From Guillardia theta CCMP2712 (taxonomy: Eukaryota; Protista; Cryptophyta): a DNA stretch of 64,000 nucleotides. Below are positions 41,590 to 53,089 of this stretch, one piece after another (position 1 is the stretch's first letter; each line of letters begins with the position of its first letter). The position numbers and the translations under genes were made by a program. The stretch covers positions 596,601 through 660,600 of the forward strand of contig NW_005434673.1 of assembly GCF_000315625.1 (NCBI RefSeq), read 5' to 3'. The notes under the pieces were generated by a model. It saw only the letters and a program-made list of their open reading frames with translations, had not been told where the DNA came from and ran no database searches.

Positions 41590-43578
41590 TCAACGAATGA
41601 CCTCATGTGCTCGTTTGATCTGGAGGTACCACCTGGGCATCTGGTTGGTGTATCCTAAGCCAATGAGACGGTAAGCGTACTCAGAAAAGGGGACGGAGCA
41701 ACTGACCGTAGTGCACAAGGACTTCTTCACCCGCCTCCATTCTTGTTGCGAGCAGAGAAGCGTCAGTGGTCTCAGAAAGCTCCACCACTGCCTCTTTCAC
41801 CTCCGAAGCGCCCGTATGCATTTAATGTGCCCAAAGCGAGGGTGAAAACATGGCGCGTACTCGGCGTTGGGTTGGAAACTGACGAAAGAATCAGATCGCC
41901 CTAAACTTTCAGCTTCCTTTCCCTCCCACCTGTGATTAGCCTTGTGGCCCAGACTCGCGCAGTATCGGTCGATGCTCGAGTGCTCCTGGAGTCAAGCTGA
42001 GTTGCGAGAGGGGAGGGGAGGGGAGGGACCGGAGGGACGTCGATGGCAAACTCCTCGTCCAAAGAGATACAATTCCCATTCATTTTCCAAGCTCTCCTGC
42101 AGAGCAGCCGTCAGAGCGCAGTCAGAGAGGAGGCAAGACAGGAAGTCCCTACTTGTCCACCACAGCATGAGGGTACCGGATGCCGTTGTAGAATGACAAG
42201 AGCTGGGAGCTCATCAGCTCTCGCAAGCTCTCAGAAGGTGCAAGCAAGCACCTCTCCCTCTTGTGCGCTTGTTCTCAGAAACAACCCTTCTCCCGCTGAA
42301 CTGTGCTCAAGACGGATACAATCTATTAGCAACAGCACCTTCGTTTCCGCCTGCCACCCCCTCATCCTTGGTACCGCACAGGCTTGACGTACCAACCCTG
42401 CATCGCTGATGCATGTCAACACTGGCAAAGAGCTTGAGAGCCTAGTAGGGCTCGTCTACCTCAGCCTCGTAGGGATCGGGCAGCAGAGGACTGGAAGAAA
42501 TGCTTTCTTGTGTGGATTCGTCGCAGCAGTAGATCAGCGACCGCCAGTCCTTTTCTGGCCAGTGAAGAGGAGGAGAATCTAGCAGAGATGTTGTGAGACA
42601 TGAAGCAAGCATCGAGCTTTATCTTCACCTGGAGTCTTTCCGAAGTACTTTGCCTCTTTCATGTCTCCATGCTTCCACTGAGCAGCAACGTCAGCACCTG
42701 CTCTTTACATCAACGCTGTCCTCCCAATGTACCACTCCATTCAATCCTGATTTTCCATCTGGATACCAGTATTCAGCCTGCAGGACAATCTCATCATCTT
42801 CTCTTGTGATCGTGTGAATCACCTGACCATGAAGCTCTCCGTTGACCCACGAGCCGTACACCCTAACCATGTTCGTCACGACTAACAGAATTGTCTCTCA
42901 AAATCCCAACCGTCCACCATCCAGAAAGTTCAACGTCCCCATCCCATTTCTGACACCGTCCTGTATTTGGATCAGCTTGAAATGAGCTGAAACGTGATTC
43001 ACCTTGAATTCTCCCTGGTAGACAAGAAATCCCCCAGGAGCAACTTCTTGCCCAGGTCTGCACATACAGGATATGAAAACGAAGCCACCACAAGTTCTCC
43101 AAACCCGTTCAGTAATCCATCTTTCCAGCAGCCGTGTATCCTGTAACCCTCATCGTCTACGTATTCCCCCTCTCCCTCCATCTGCCCATCCCTCCAGATA
43201 CCCTGTTGCCATCCCCCGTCCGGGAAATAGATGGTTCCTCGCCCTTCCTGTGCTTGTGTCAACAAGAAGACAAGATCAAGTCTGGCAGTAGAAGCTGACC
43301 AGCATCCCATCTTTGAAACGACCTTCGTAGCGAGCCCCATCTTCATCCTCCTTCATCCCTCGTTTGTACGGACTCATGACCGCAGCATTGCGTGACTTTC
43401 TGGCAATGGATGAATTTCCTGATTTTCTCTGCTGCTTTCTTGATGTGCCATCAACTCTCTCCGCACTGTTCGGCTTTCTCTTGGATCGCTTCACGTCTTG
43501 GTCCTGCTTCGTCGTCTCCCTCCCTTGACTCTGCGCGTTCCCCGCCTGCCTTCTTCCTCGCCTGACTTCACGTGCCAT
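41590..43578 (-). CDS. SETD7: MORN-repeat + SET domain lysine methyltransferase, SETD7 (SET7/9)-like
   Basis: MORN repeats (YEGRFKDG, YQGEFK) then LLPDPYE, SAGEGLF, SFYNGIR, NGNCISLDEEFAIDVP, YCASLGHKANHSF, HPRFGHIKCIR, EEVLVHYGY, PRWY. Confidence 0.9.
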
Positions 43579-43726
43579 CGCAGTTTGGTCGGGTTCTAAC
43601 CCTCATACCGTACTCATAGCAGTGAGAAAAGAGCGAAAAGACAGCAAATGGATGCCTATCAATCAAGTTGATGCCTTTTGTTGTTGAGCTAAAACTTTGA
43701 CCCGCAATCACCAGGTCTCAGAGAAC

Positions 43727-46700
43727 ATGGCGAGGTGTCTTGGCTTTCTCCTCCTCCTGCTCGTCCTCCTCCCGCCATCTCTCCATCTTTCACCCTCGCC
43801 CTCCTCCTCCTCGCCCTCCTCCTCCTCGCCCTCCTCCTCCTCCTCAGGCTCTTCTGATCCTCGCTTTGCATGTCGCAAACGGGAAGAGGCTGTTCGCCTC
43901 GTCTCTCGTGGTGAGGTCCTCCAGGGTATTCAGCTCCTCCAGTCTCTCTCAAGCTGCGAGCATCCTCCCCTCATCTCCATTCAACTCGCGCAGGTCCTCA
44001 GAGCCAGCGGACGCGAGGCCGAGGCAAACGCGCACCTCGAGCGCTTGTTGTCATGCCCTCGCTTTCAAGCGCTAGGGTTCGTGCAAGTATGTTGGCGTGA
44101 GATGCGAATGATTCATGCAGAGCATGCTCGCTCACGCGTCGCCTTGGATACTCTTCTAGAGGATGCGCCGGTGAGAACGTGGAAGAGAGCAGAGGAAGTT
44201 TCAGCTGCAATCCATCGAATCCTCGGGAAAGATGAGCAAGACCCTGACCATCGTCAGCAGAGCTGGCATCTAAAGCAGGCACTTCGTCTCAACCCGCTGT
44301 GGCGCTCCGATCTGCCATCAAGCCTGTGCGACGCGCACGAGATTCTTGCGGGAGGAAGCGACTTGTACCTGGCTTATCTCGAGCCCTATCGCTGCCTTGC
44401 CTCTCAGGGTCGCGTGCTCCGGGCTGTGCGGGTCCTGCATGCCGCAGTGGCGGAGAAGCCGGACTGGGCGTGGGCCCTCAACGAGCTCGGCGCCAAGTTT
44501 GGCTTCTGGCAGGAGAGGGGACGAGCAGCGGTTCCTCTCCGTCTCCTCGAAGCTGCTGTCGCTCTGGAGCCCCAGGAAGGAATCTACGTGACTAACTTAG
44601 CTCTCGCACACCAGCACGCGGGTCAGCTCCTCCAGGCCCTTCAGCTCTCTCGCTCTGCTGCAAGGCTCCTCCCTTCCCACCCTCAGGTCGCCTCTCGTCT
44701 TCTTCCATCCAGGGCCTGTGAACCCTGCTGCAGGTCTGGATGCAACTCGGAAGAGCGGCTGAGGACGCAGAGGAGATGGAGATTGCGGTGAAGGCATACC
44801 GGAGAGCAAGCTTGCTGGACCCGCGGGAGGAGGACGCGTTCTGCTCGTGGATGTCGCTCAAGACCTCGCTGTGCTCGTGGTCTGGGCTGGAGCAGGAGAT
44901 GGAGATGCTCCAGCAGCGGATGCAGTCCCGGGTGCTGACGAGGAGGACGTGGGGAGGAGCTTGCGACCAGCCCTTCCGCCTCTTCCCCTACCCTGTCGGT
45001 GAGCAGCTTCTGCTCCACTTGGCGCGGCATGTCGTAGAGAAGGAGAGGAGCGCGATCCCGCCGGATCAGTTTCTCACCTCCTCACTCCCCCAGCTCGGCT
45101 CGAACAAGAGACTTCGCGTTGCCTACATGTCCTCCGACTTTGGGAGTCACACGGTGAGAGGTTGGAGTGGAAGGGAGGCGAAGGTGAAGAGTCTCTGCCG
45201 TCCTGCAGGTGGGCATGCTTGTCCGGGGTCTGCTGGACCGGCATGATCTCAACAGGATGCAGCTGTTTGCGGCAAATCTCAAGACTCCAGGGGATCTGCA
45301 CGAGGCTCGAGCTAACAAAGAGAAATGGCGGGAGACGATGCGGGAGAGGTTCGAGCTCTGGGTGAGCTGGGTCCCCTCCCTCCGGTCCTGCCTCACTCTG
45401 CCCTCAAGGTCGACCTTGAGCTCATGGATGACTCGTCGGCTGCTCTGGCGTTGCAGCGACTCAAGGTGTCCTCTGATTCCTCCCCTCGCTCCTGCCGCCC
45501 CCGACTGTCTCCGTGTCAGATCCACGTCCTTGTAGACCTCAACGGGCACAGCAAGGGCAGCAGGAGCGGCATCCTCCTCCGCCGACCTGCTCCTGTCATC
45601 GTGAACTTCCTCGGGCAAGTGGGAGGAGGAGCAGCTGGAAGGCTGAGCTGCTTCCCCTCAGGTACCCCGCGACCTCCGGAGGCTCCGCCGGCTTCACGCT
45701 GGCAGACAAAATCGCAACACCTCCTGAGCTGACGACGAGCTTTACTGAGAAGGTGAAGTGAGAGAAGGACAGAGAAGAAGACTAGGAAGGAGGAGGAAGC
45801 GGAGAGAAGGAGCTCAGACTGCATGGCAGCTGTTGTTTGTCAGTCCCTCCTACCTCGTCAACGATCACAAGCGTCTCTTTCCTCGGCCCTTCCCCCGAGT
45901 AGCTGACGAGGATGGGATGTTGCGATGTGGAAACAAGACATGTCTGACGGGAGGAGGAGGAGAAAGGAAGATGGTGTTGGCAAACTTCGGTCAGATGTAC
46001 AAGATCGACCCTTCTCTCTTCCTCCTCTGGTGCGACATTCTCCGCGAGGACGCTGATACTGTAATGCTCTCTCGCTTTCTTCCAACTCTTCCATCTTCTT
46101 CTTGCTCCTGCTCCTGCTCCTCCTGTTCCTGCTCTTCCTCCTCCTACCTCACATCCTCTCTCTCAGATTCTCTGGCTGCTAGAGTTTCCTCCCGTCGCCT
46201 CCAAGCGGATCAGAAGACGTTTCCTCAGCACCTGCCGGCTGCCTCCCAGCAGGCTCGTTTTCTCAGCTATGGTAGGAGCCATCGCTCTTCTCCTATCCGT
46301 CCTGCCTCCTCCTCCTCTCCTCCTCCTCCTCTCTGACTCTTGGACCGGCACAGCTGCCCCTGCACCTTCACGTCCCCATCAAGAGCCTCGCTGACCTCGC
46401 TCTCGACACCCTCCTCTTCAACGGTCACAGCACGGGGCTGGACACGCTCTGGGCAGGTGAGGGGTGACGAGGAGGAGGAGGAGCAGCAGCAGCAGCAGCG
46501 CAGGAGAGGGAGGGAGGAAAGGTTCTGACCAGCGCCATGCTCGCAGGGGTTCCGATCGTCACCGTGCCAGGGGATCGCATGCATGTGAGTGTTTCTCACT
46601 TGCTCTGAACCAGCTCACATTTAGCAGCGGCGAGCAGGAGCAAGCATGGCTCATGCAGCAGGAGCGACAGTCTGGCTAGCAAGGAACGAGCGAGACTACC

Positions 46701-47009
46701 TCGAGCTCGCACGGAGATGCTTGCGGCAGATGAGGAGGGGAGGACCTGCTGCTGCTGCTGCTCGCTCGTTCCGCATCAGCGTCTCCTCCTCCAGACTCTT
46801 CGACATGCCAGGGTGAGGGAGGGAGAGGAGGGGCAGACGAGCTGAGTCCGAGCAGGTGGACGCGACGTTACGAAGCAAGTCTGCGGATGTTGTGGGAGAT
46901 GAGGAGAGGGAAGGGGAACCGAGCTTTCAATGTAATCGCTGATGTCCTCTACTCCTTGTCCGATCTCCCATCCTTCCCTATCCATGACGCCAATGCTCCC
47001 TCCTCTTAG
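43727..47009 (+). CDS. TPR + GT41 O-GlcNAc transferase-like protein with N-terminal signal peptide
   Basis: MARCLGFLLLLLVLLPP leader; TPR helices; LRVAYMSSDFGSH, LVDLNGHSKG, PAPVIVNFLGYP, NFGQMYKIDP, LDTLLFNGHSTGLDTLWAGVP. Confidence 0.9.
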
Positions 47010-47041
47010 CGGCTGCCTCCTCCCTCGGCAGTCTCCTCCCT

Positions 47042-48162
47042 CTAAGCTGATGGGGGTAGACGATCCTGCCACGGCAGAGCTCCAACAGCGAAGGATGAGG
47101 CGACCTCGAAGAGGAGGAAGAAGGCGCCGCCAGCTGAGAGGTCGCGAAGAGCCAAGCTGGCTGTAGCTGGAGGTTCAGAACGAGAGGAGGAGGAGGGGGA
47201 GGAGGAACGAACCATGAATCCAACCTTGTGCTCCGTCTGAGCCTGAGAAGCTCCTGGTGACAGTGTCAACTGCTTCTTGCTCCTCCCTCTCCCTCTCCCT
47301 CTCCCTCTCCCTCTCCCTCTCCCTCTCCCTCTCCCTCTCCCTCTCCCTCTCCCTCTCCCTCTCCCTCTCCCTCTCCCTCTCCCTCCCTCCCTCTGCTCTT
47401 CATCACCTGACGCCTTCCATCAGCCTACATACTCCCATGCTCAGCACGCTCGCTCGCTCAGCTGATCGTCGAAATCTCGCGGGACGTGATGCATCTGCTT
47501 CATGTTGACATCTGTCCTCCGCTCCTTCCCTTCCTCACCCACACTTTCCCTTCCCGCTGTCCCTACATTCCTTCCCCTCCCCTCCCCCTAGTATCTCCTT
47601 CTTCCTCTCCCTGGTTCTCAACTTCTCTTTCTTCTCACCATCTTTCTGGCCAGTCCACGTCAAGAACTGGCCGTCAGTACTCAGGACGCAAATCTGACAG
47701 CATTGTCAGCGCGTCCTCGCAAGGACTGATCCACTTGCCATCGTCAACACCAGCATGCCAAAGAGGTAGGCCATGAAGAAAATTTCCTCCTCTTTTTCCT
47801 CCTGCCCGTCCCCTTCCACCTCCTGATCGTTGACATGCTCCGTCCCTGATGCAGCTCTGGCTGAAACCTCATGCTCCACCCGAGCTAAAGACCCTTGCAG
47901 TAGCTGAGCAGGTGTGAGAGGCGAGGAGGAGGAGGAGGAGGAGGAGGAGGAGGAAGGACTCACGCAGGATAGACGAGGCTCGAGGTCGAGGAGGAGGATG
48001 CAGCAGGAGGCGACAAGCGACTCAAAGGGCCCTGGATGATGAGCAGCGATGGTGATGTAGAACTGAGAGAGAGGTGAGGAAACACCATGAGAGAAGTCAA
48101 GATGAAATGCTGGGTCGACAGAAAGACATTCAACGATGGTGGAAGGACGAGCAGAAGAAGAA

Positions 48163-48197
<35 letters not shown>

Positions 48198-49540
48198 TAG
48201 CAAAGGAGCAGCAGGAGGTGGAGCAGAAGGAGCAGAGCAGGAGGCAGGGAAAGAAACTCACGGCGAGGAGGAGAGGAAGGAGAACAAACTTCCTCAAGAG
48301 GACGCAAACCCAGCACTGCAAGTTCAACTGGAGATCAACAAGAATGAGGGGCGTCGCACTGGATGGAGAACATGACCAGGAGGAGGTAGTTGTTCCTGTC
48401 GCCGGCTCTTGGTGTCATCTGCGATAACCATGAAAGGAGAAGGAGACAAGGCAGTAGCTGTGAAATGATTTCACTCGCTCATCACTTGTTTCGTAGCAGT
48501 AGAGACGGCGGCTGGCGAGAAGCAGAGCAGAACAAGGAAAAGAATCCACTTATTCCCCTCCCAGGTAGCTTTCTAACGAGAAATCAGGATCTGACTGCAG
48601 ACTACGAGCAGGAGCAGGAGCAGGAGCAGGAGCGGGATCAAGATACACAGGAGCAGGATCACAGCGGGAGGAGAAGGAGTAGGATCAGGAGGAGTCAGCA
48701 GCAGCGGCAGGACCTTGGGGATGGTGACGAAAGGCAGGGTGGAGTTGGAGGACATGTTGAGCTCGGAGGGGAACATGAAGCTCATGAAGGACGAGCTGCA
48801 GAGGGAGGAAGTGCGGACGAGCCTCCAGTCACACCACAACCTCCAGCAGAGGAAGACCTGCTCAGAGTCAGAGGGGCAGGACATCACGCCAGCAGACCAG
48901 GAAAAGAAAGGAAAGAGAGAGGAGGAGTAGGACGAGATTTGCTCGCAGACTCGTCCTGGTCAGGTGGTACGTGTCCTTGTCCTCGCTGCCTTCCACATAT
49001 CAGCTGAGCAAGCCTGACTCAGAAACACACGTGCTGGACTCGGCTGCCTTGTTGCGAAGAGACAGTCTTTGCTGATGGAAGAGGGTCCGTTCTGCCGTGA
49101 GAATGGACTTGGCAGGCAGTCAGGCATGCGGGAGGGTCAGTTACACTCCAACCTTGAGCTCTTCTGCAACGGCAACAAGCATTCTCAAGAAGCCGAAGAA
49201 ATAGCAGACGTAGCCGAGCGACTCGCTTCCTCCCCAAGGGATTCTCTGACTCGAGGAGAAGGATGATTGCAGTTCCTGGGCAAGAAGGTCAAATCGATGG
49301 ACGAGACTCCAAAACACCAGCGAGTGATGGGAAGTTCGATACGAGAAGTGACTAGGCAGCTACAGCTCGATCAGGAACAACTTCAACTTGAGAGAGAAAA
49401 AGAGCGCTGAACAATGACAAAAGCCGAGCGATCAAAGAAGCCGAGCGATCAAAGAAGCTCACATATTGACGGATGATAGACCACGAAACGAGAACTTGAA
49501 AGATCGTTATGCTTGCAGACGCCAACACCAACACCAATCT
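47042..49540 (-). CDS. Multi-exon hypothetical membrane protein
   Basis: Hydrophobic exons ([16 protein letters not shown]; [17 protein letters not shown]; [17 protein letters not shown]) separated by repeat-rich introns. Confidence 0.3.
47283..47392. repeat. (CTCTCC)n microsatellite
   Basis: About 17 hexamer units. Confidence 0.95.
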
Positions 49541-49781
49541 GCGATGGCTTTATAACATTCTCCCTTCAGTATTACCTTCATACCTGCAAGAATCGTTTCG
49601 TCCCACCCCATCAACCCCCACGCAAGCCATTGCTGATCAAATTTTCAATACAGAATCGCAAGACAAGCAGTCACCTACCTAGGAAATGAATTCCTGGCGC
49701 TTTCGCGCAAGTTCGATAATAGTAAAAATCGTTTTCTGCTGATATCACATCAGGCGACAGCATTGATACCAGGGAGCGCGA

Positions 49782-50573
49782 TCAACCTTGAGAGAAAGTG
49801 AAGGGTTGACTCGAATTCTCGTTCCTCTTGTCCATCGTCCCATCCTCTTGCGTATCCCCCACTTCATCGCCGGGACTGAATTCCTCCACCTGACTCGTTG
49901 CTGCTGCTGGCTGCTCCTTCTGCAATGAGTCGACTCCCCATGCATGACTCGTCCTTGTCTTATCTTCATTGGCAGCCTCGACATGCTTGGACTTCTCCCA
50001 TGTCGCACTGTTTTCATTGAAGATGATAGGTTGGTTAGTTGCTTTTGAGTAAGGGTTGATGTATCGCGCTCGTTTGGCTATGACTGGACCTCCAATCCTA
50101 CCCGGGCGAGGGCGCGGTTGAGCTCGAGAAGCCGATTCTCTGAAGGCAGCCGCCATGCCATCTCGGCAGAGGAACTCGAACGTGTCTCTGTGGACCTTGA
50201 ACCCGTCCGGCAGCCGCATTTCGCGCTTCAACACGTTGACGTCGATCACCTTGTCGTGAAGCTTCAGCTCTTCTTCGAGCGCGAGCTTGAGGGCATGCAC
50301 ATCGATCTGCTCCTTCTTCCTGAAGTATTTGTCCCAGAATACCGCCGCTTCTCCTGCATTACCATCGTCGCGACTGATCGCTTCAGCTCTGGGGGGCACC
50401 GGACCCTCCTCCAGTGAGGGCTGCACGCGCACGTGGCTTTGGAGGATTCGTCTTGCCCTCAGGAGGGACCCGTGTGGAGCCACCGCCTTCTCCTCCTCCG
50501 CCCTGCCGCCTCCTCCCCTCATGCCCTCCTCCTCCCCCCCCTCCCCCTCCCCCTCCATCGGCTTCACCGCCAT
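49782..50573 (-). CDS. Intronless hypothetical protein, weak Cbl-type EF-hand-like segment
   Basis: 269-aa ORF with globular-looking EAAVFWDKYF...ALEEEL...VLKREM...TFEFL. Confidence 0.6.
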   Translation of the reverse strand: MAVKPMEGEGEGGEEEGMRGGGGRAEEEKAVAPHGSLLRARRILQSHVRVQPSLEEGPVPPRAEAISRDDGNAGEAAVFWDKYFRKKEQIDVHALKLALEEELKLHDKVIDVNVLKREMRLPDGFKVHRDTFEFLCRDGMAAAFRESASRAQPRPRPGRIGGPVIAKRARYINPYSKATNQPIIFNENSATWEKSKHVEAANEDKTRTSHAWGVDSLQKEQPAAATSQVEEFSPGDEVGDTQEDGTMDKRNENSSQPFTFSQG

Positions 50574-50912
50574 CGCTAACCGCCCTCGCATTTTTGACTA
50601 CGGATCAGCTGACTTGGATTTTTCCTGGATTGAGGGTGGATGAGGGTACACTTAGTACGGGTGACTGGCGGCGGCCCTCTGCCCGGCCAGGCCGAGGCCC
50701 GGCCCGGCGGCCACGCTAAATGGACAGGTGAGCGGCTGACCAGCGGGCCGCGCTCAGCTTGACAACACCCGGTCCGTCAGTGCCACGGTTACTCAGGGAG
50801 TTTGCGGGCCCGGGGTGACGTTGGCAGGAAGGCCGTGACTAAGTTCTACCGAGTGGTATGCATCGGGTAATATCCGTCAGACTCTCTGGCAAGTGATCGG
50901 AAAGCTCGTTCG

Positions 50913-52148
50913 TCACTTGTTCCAACCTCGTAACTTGCAATGAACCGACGCAACGAACCACATGTAGTCGCCTTCCTTGCTGTAGGGGCTCTTCACAGCT
51001 CTATCGAGGAAATTCTGAGCAGCTGCAGGACGGCCCTGGGCCTCAGCAATCAAGCCAGCATACAGGTTGTAGTAGAACTTGGAGCGATCATCTTCACCCT
51101 GCCGCAAAGTTTTTAGACGAGACTAAAGATCGACGGGTTGACTTCACTTGTGACGGGCGAAGAATTCGGAGGATTCCTTGGTTCGAGGACGATTCGACTT
51201 GATCACTCAAAGCTTTCTCTTCCAACTCCTGGAGCGGAATGGCCCCTCTGCAAACACCGTAGATCAACTTCATGTACTCTCGTGTCTCTCCTTCCACTCT
51301 CAAGATTTGCTTCTGAGCATCTGAGAAACCAACGGCTGTCCTGGCCTGTGAGAAGAATCTCCAGATAGCTTCCTCGGTGTCTCTTGGATTGAGGCGTACA
51401 TCTCTTTCAAATTGTTCTGTGTATTGACGAATATCAGTTCTCCGTCAGCCCGCAACAACAGAAATATCTTACTTGAAGCTTCGTCAAATCGATCACAGTA
51501 GTACAAGCTCAAGCCCCTCTGCCATAGAATATCCGCATATGTCGAGTCAAGCTCAATTGCTCTATCAAAGGCCTCCACGCTTTCTTTGACTCTGCCGTTT
51601 ACAAAGTCTTGAATTCCTTTCCTGTATTGGGTCCGAGCATCGTCAACTGCAGCAAATGCTTGCGTGTTGAACAATGTGACGAGGAGTCCAAACCCAACCA
51701 GCAAACCCCGCCTCGTCATGGAAGAATGCTGCGGGTTAGTTTGCATGTGAAGAATTTTAGTGCATGCGTGCCTGCTCGTACAAGTTGCTGCTCCGAGTGA
51801 TTGAGCAGCTGAGGAAACGAAAAGACCACTCGGCGCAAACGAGCATGGTTGCTGGGAATATGAACTCAGAGACATTCAATCTGTGCAGTTCTGTGCCGAG
51901 CAAAGAGCGGGAGATGATCTTTCTTCGAGGAGAGCAACCTCAGAGCAAAGACTTGTTTCTCGCCTCTACGACCTGATGGACAGATTCTCTTCACTCAAGC
52001 TGAAATTGCATTGCAAGCGCTGATGCAAGCGGGGATTCCTGCGAGGATCCTGTCAGGAAAAGTCCGCCTCACCCCAAGAAATAATGATCCGAAAAGGCAT
52101 CAAAAAAACGTCTAGAAGAAAGAGAAAGACTAAAATCGCTGACCTCAT
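50913..52148 (-). CDS. NlpI-like TPR protein, predicted thylakoid lumen
   Basis: FDRAIELD...LWQRGLSLYY...DVRLNPRDTEEAIW...LYAGL...DYMWFVASVHCKLRGW. Upstream MRSAILVFLFLL signal exon, CS-FAP motif and twin-Arg TRRGLL...AFA. Confidence 0.8.
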
Positions 52149-52555
52149 TCACCCTCCTACTAGGGTAGTCCTCTGTGAGTGAATAGCCGCCGGCCAAGAC
52201 ACGAACCCCGGGGCCCATACGGAGGTCACGGGGTCAAGAGGTCACGAGGACAATGGATCACGTGGTCAATGAAAGACTTACAGACCATGTCAGCATCCTC
52301 GTGACGACTACTTTTGTGTGGTAAAATTCAGTAGTAAATTGATCATGATCCTTGCGCCTTGCACAACTTCCCTTTTAAGGATTTCGCTTCCACCTCGCCC
52401 CTTGATCTCGTCGCCTCCTCGCACTCGCCCACGTTTCTTGCTCGCTGCTTCGGCTACCTCGTGCTGCCGGTTTCCTCCTGCCCTGCTCGTCTTCGTGCTC
52501 TCGTTCTCCTGTCCCGTCACAGAATCCTCCTCCTTCTCTTCTCATTTCGTATTCG

Positions 52556-53071
52556 ATGACTACTGATCTCCCCGAGCCCAAGAAGTTTCTTCGCCGATCA
52601 AAGCGCGCTCACGCCCCTCTCAAGAAGCTGTTTGTTGACCCGACGTGCGGGAGAATAGGATGTCAAAGTTCTGAACAACCCAAATCAGCGAGGTCCGTGA
52701 TGATGTGTCATGAACAGCCCAAGGCCAGAGGGTCGTGGAAAAGCTCTTTCGTGCGCACATCCTCCTCGTCGTCGTCCTCCATTCGTAGGACGTCGTCTCT
52801 GTCAAGCATCTCATTGAAAGTCAGGCCAGGGCATTTCTTCAAACGGACGGAATCGCTGACCAGGTTGCGATCGGTCAACAGCAACATGCGATATATTCAG
52901 CGACATCAACATCACTCCTACGCCCCCCAAGAATGGTCCAAGATGTTCGAGACGCTTCAGAGCAACCTCCTGGGCACAGCCGGTATGGAGGAGGATAAGA
53001 CTGTGTCGGTTGAACACCATGAAGTGTCTGCCATCGAAGATTTGTCGGCCATGCTGCGGTCGAAGATGTAG
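52556..53071 (+). CDS. Intronless hypothetical protein
   Basis: 171-aa ATG-initiated ORF, basic and Ser-rich, not antisense to another supported gene. Confidence 0.45.
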   Translation: MTTDLPEPKKFLRRSKRAHAPLKKLFVDPTCGRIGCQSSEQPKSARSVMMCHEQPKARGSWKSSFVRTSSSSSSSIRRTSSLSSISLKVRPGHFFKRTESLTRLRSVNSNMRYIQRHQHHSYAPQEWSKMFETLQSNLLGTAGMEEDKTVSVEHHEVSAIEDLSAMLRSKM

Positions 53072-53089
53072 GTTAGGTTGTATAGGGTT

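Noticed and set aside
52190-52250. B-box-like GGTTCG on the minus strand (tRNA or SINE?)
   Set aside because: No cloverleaf or A-box could be built.
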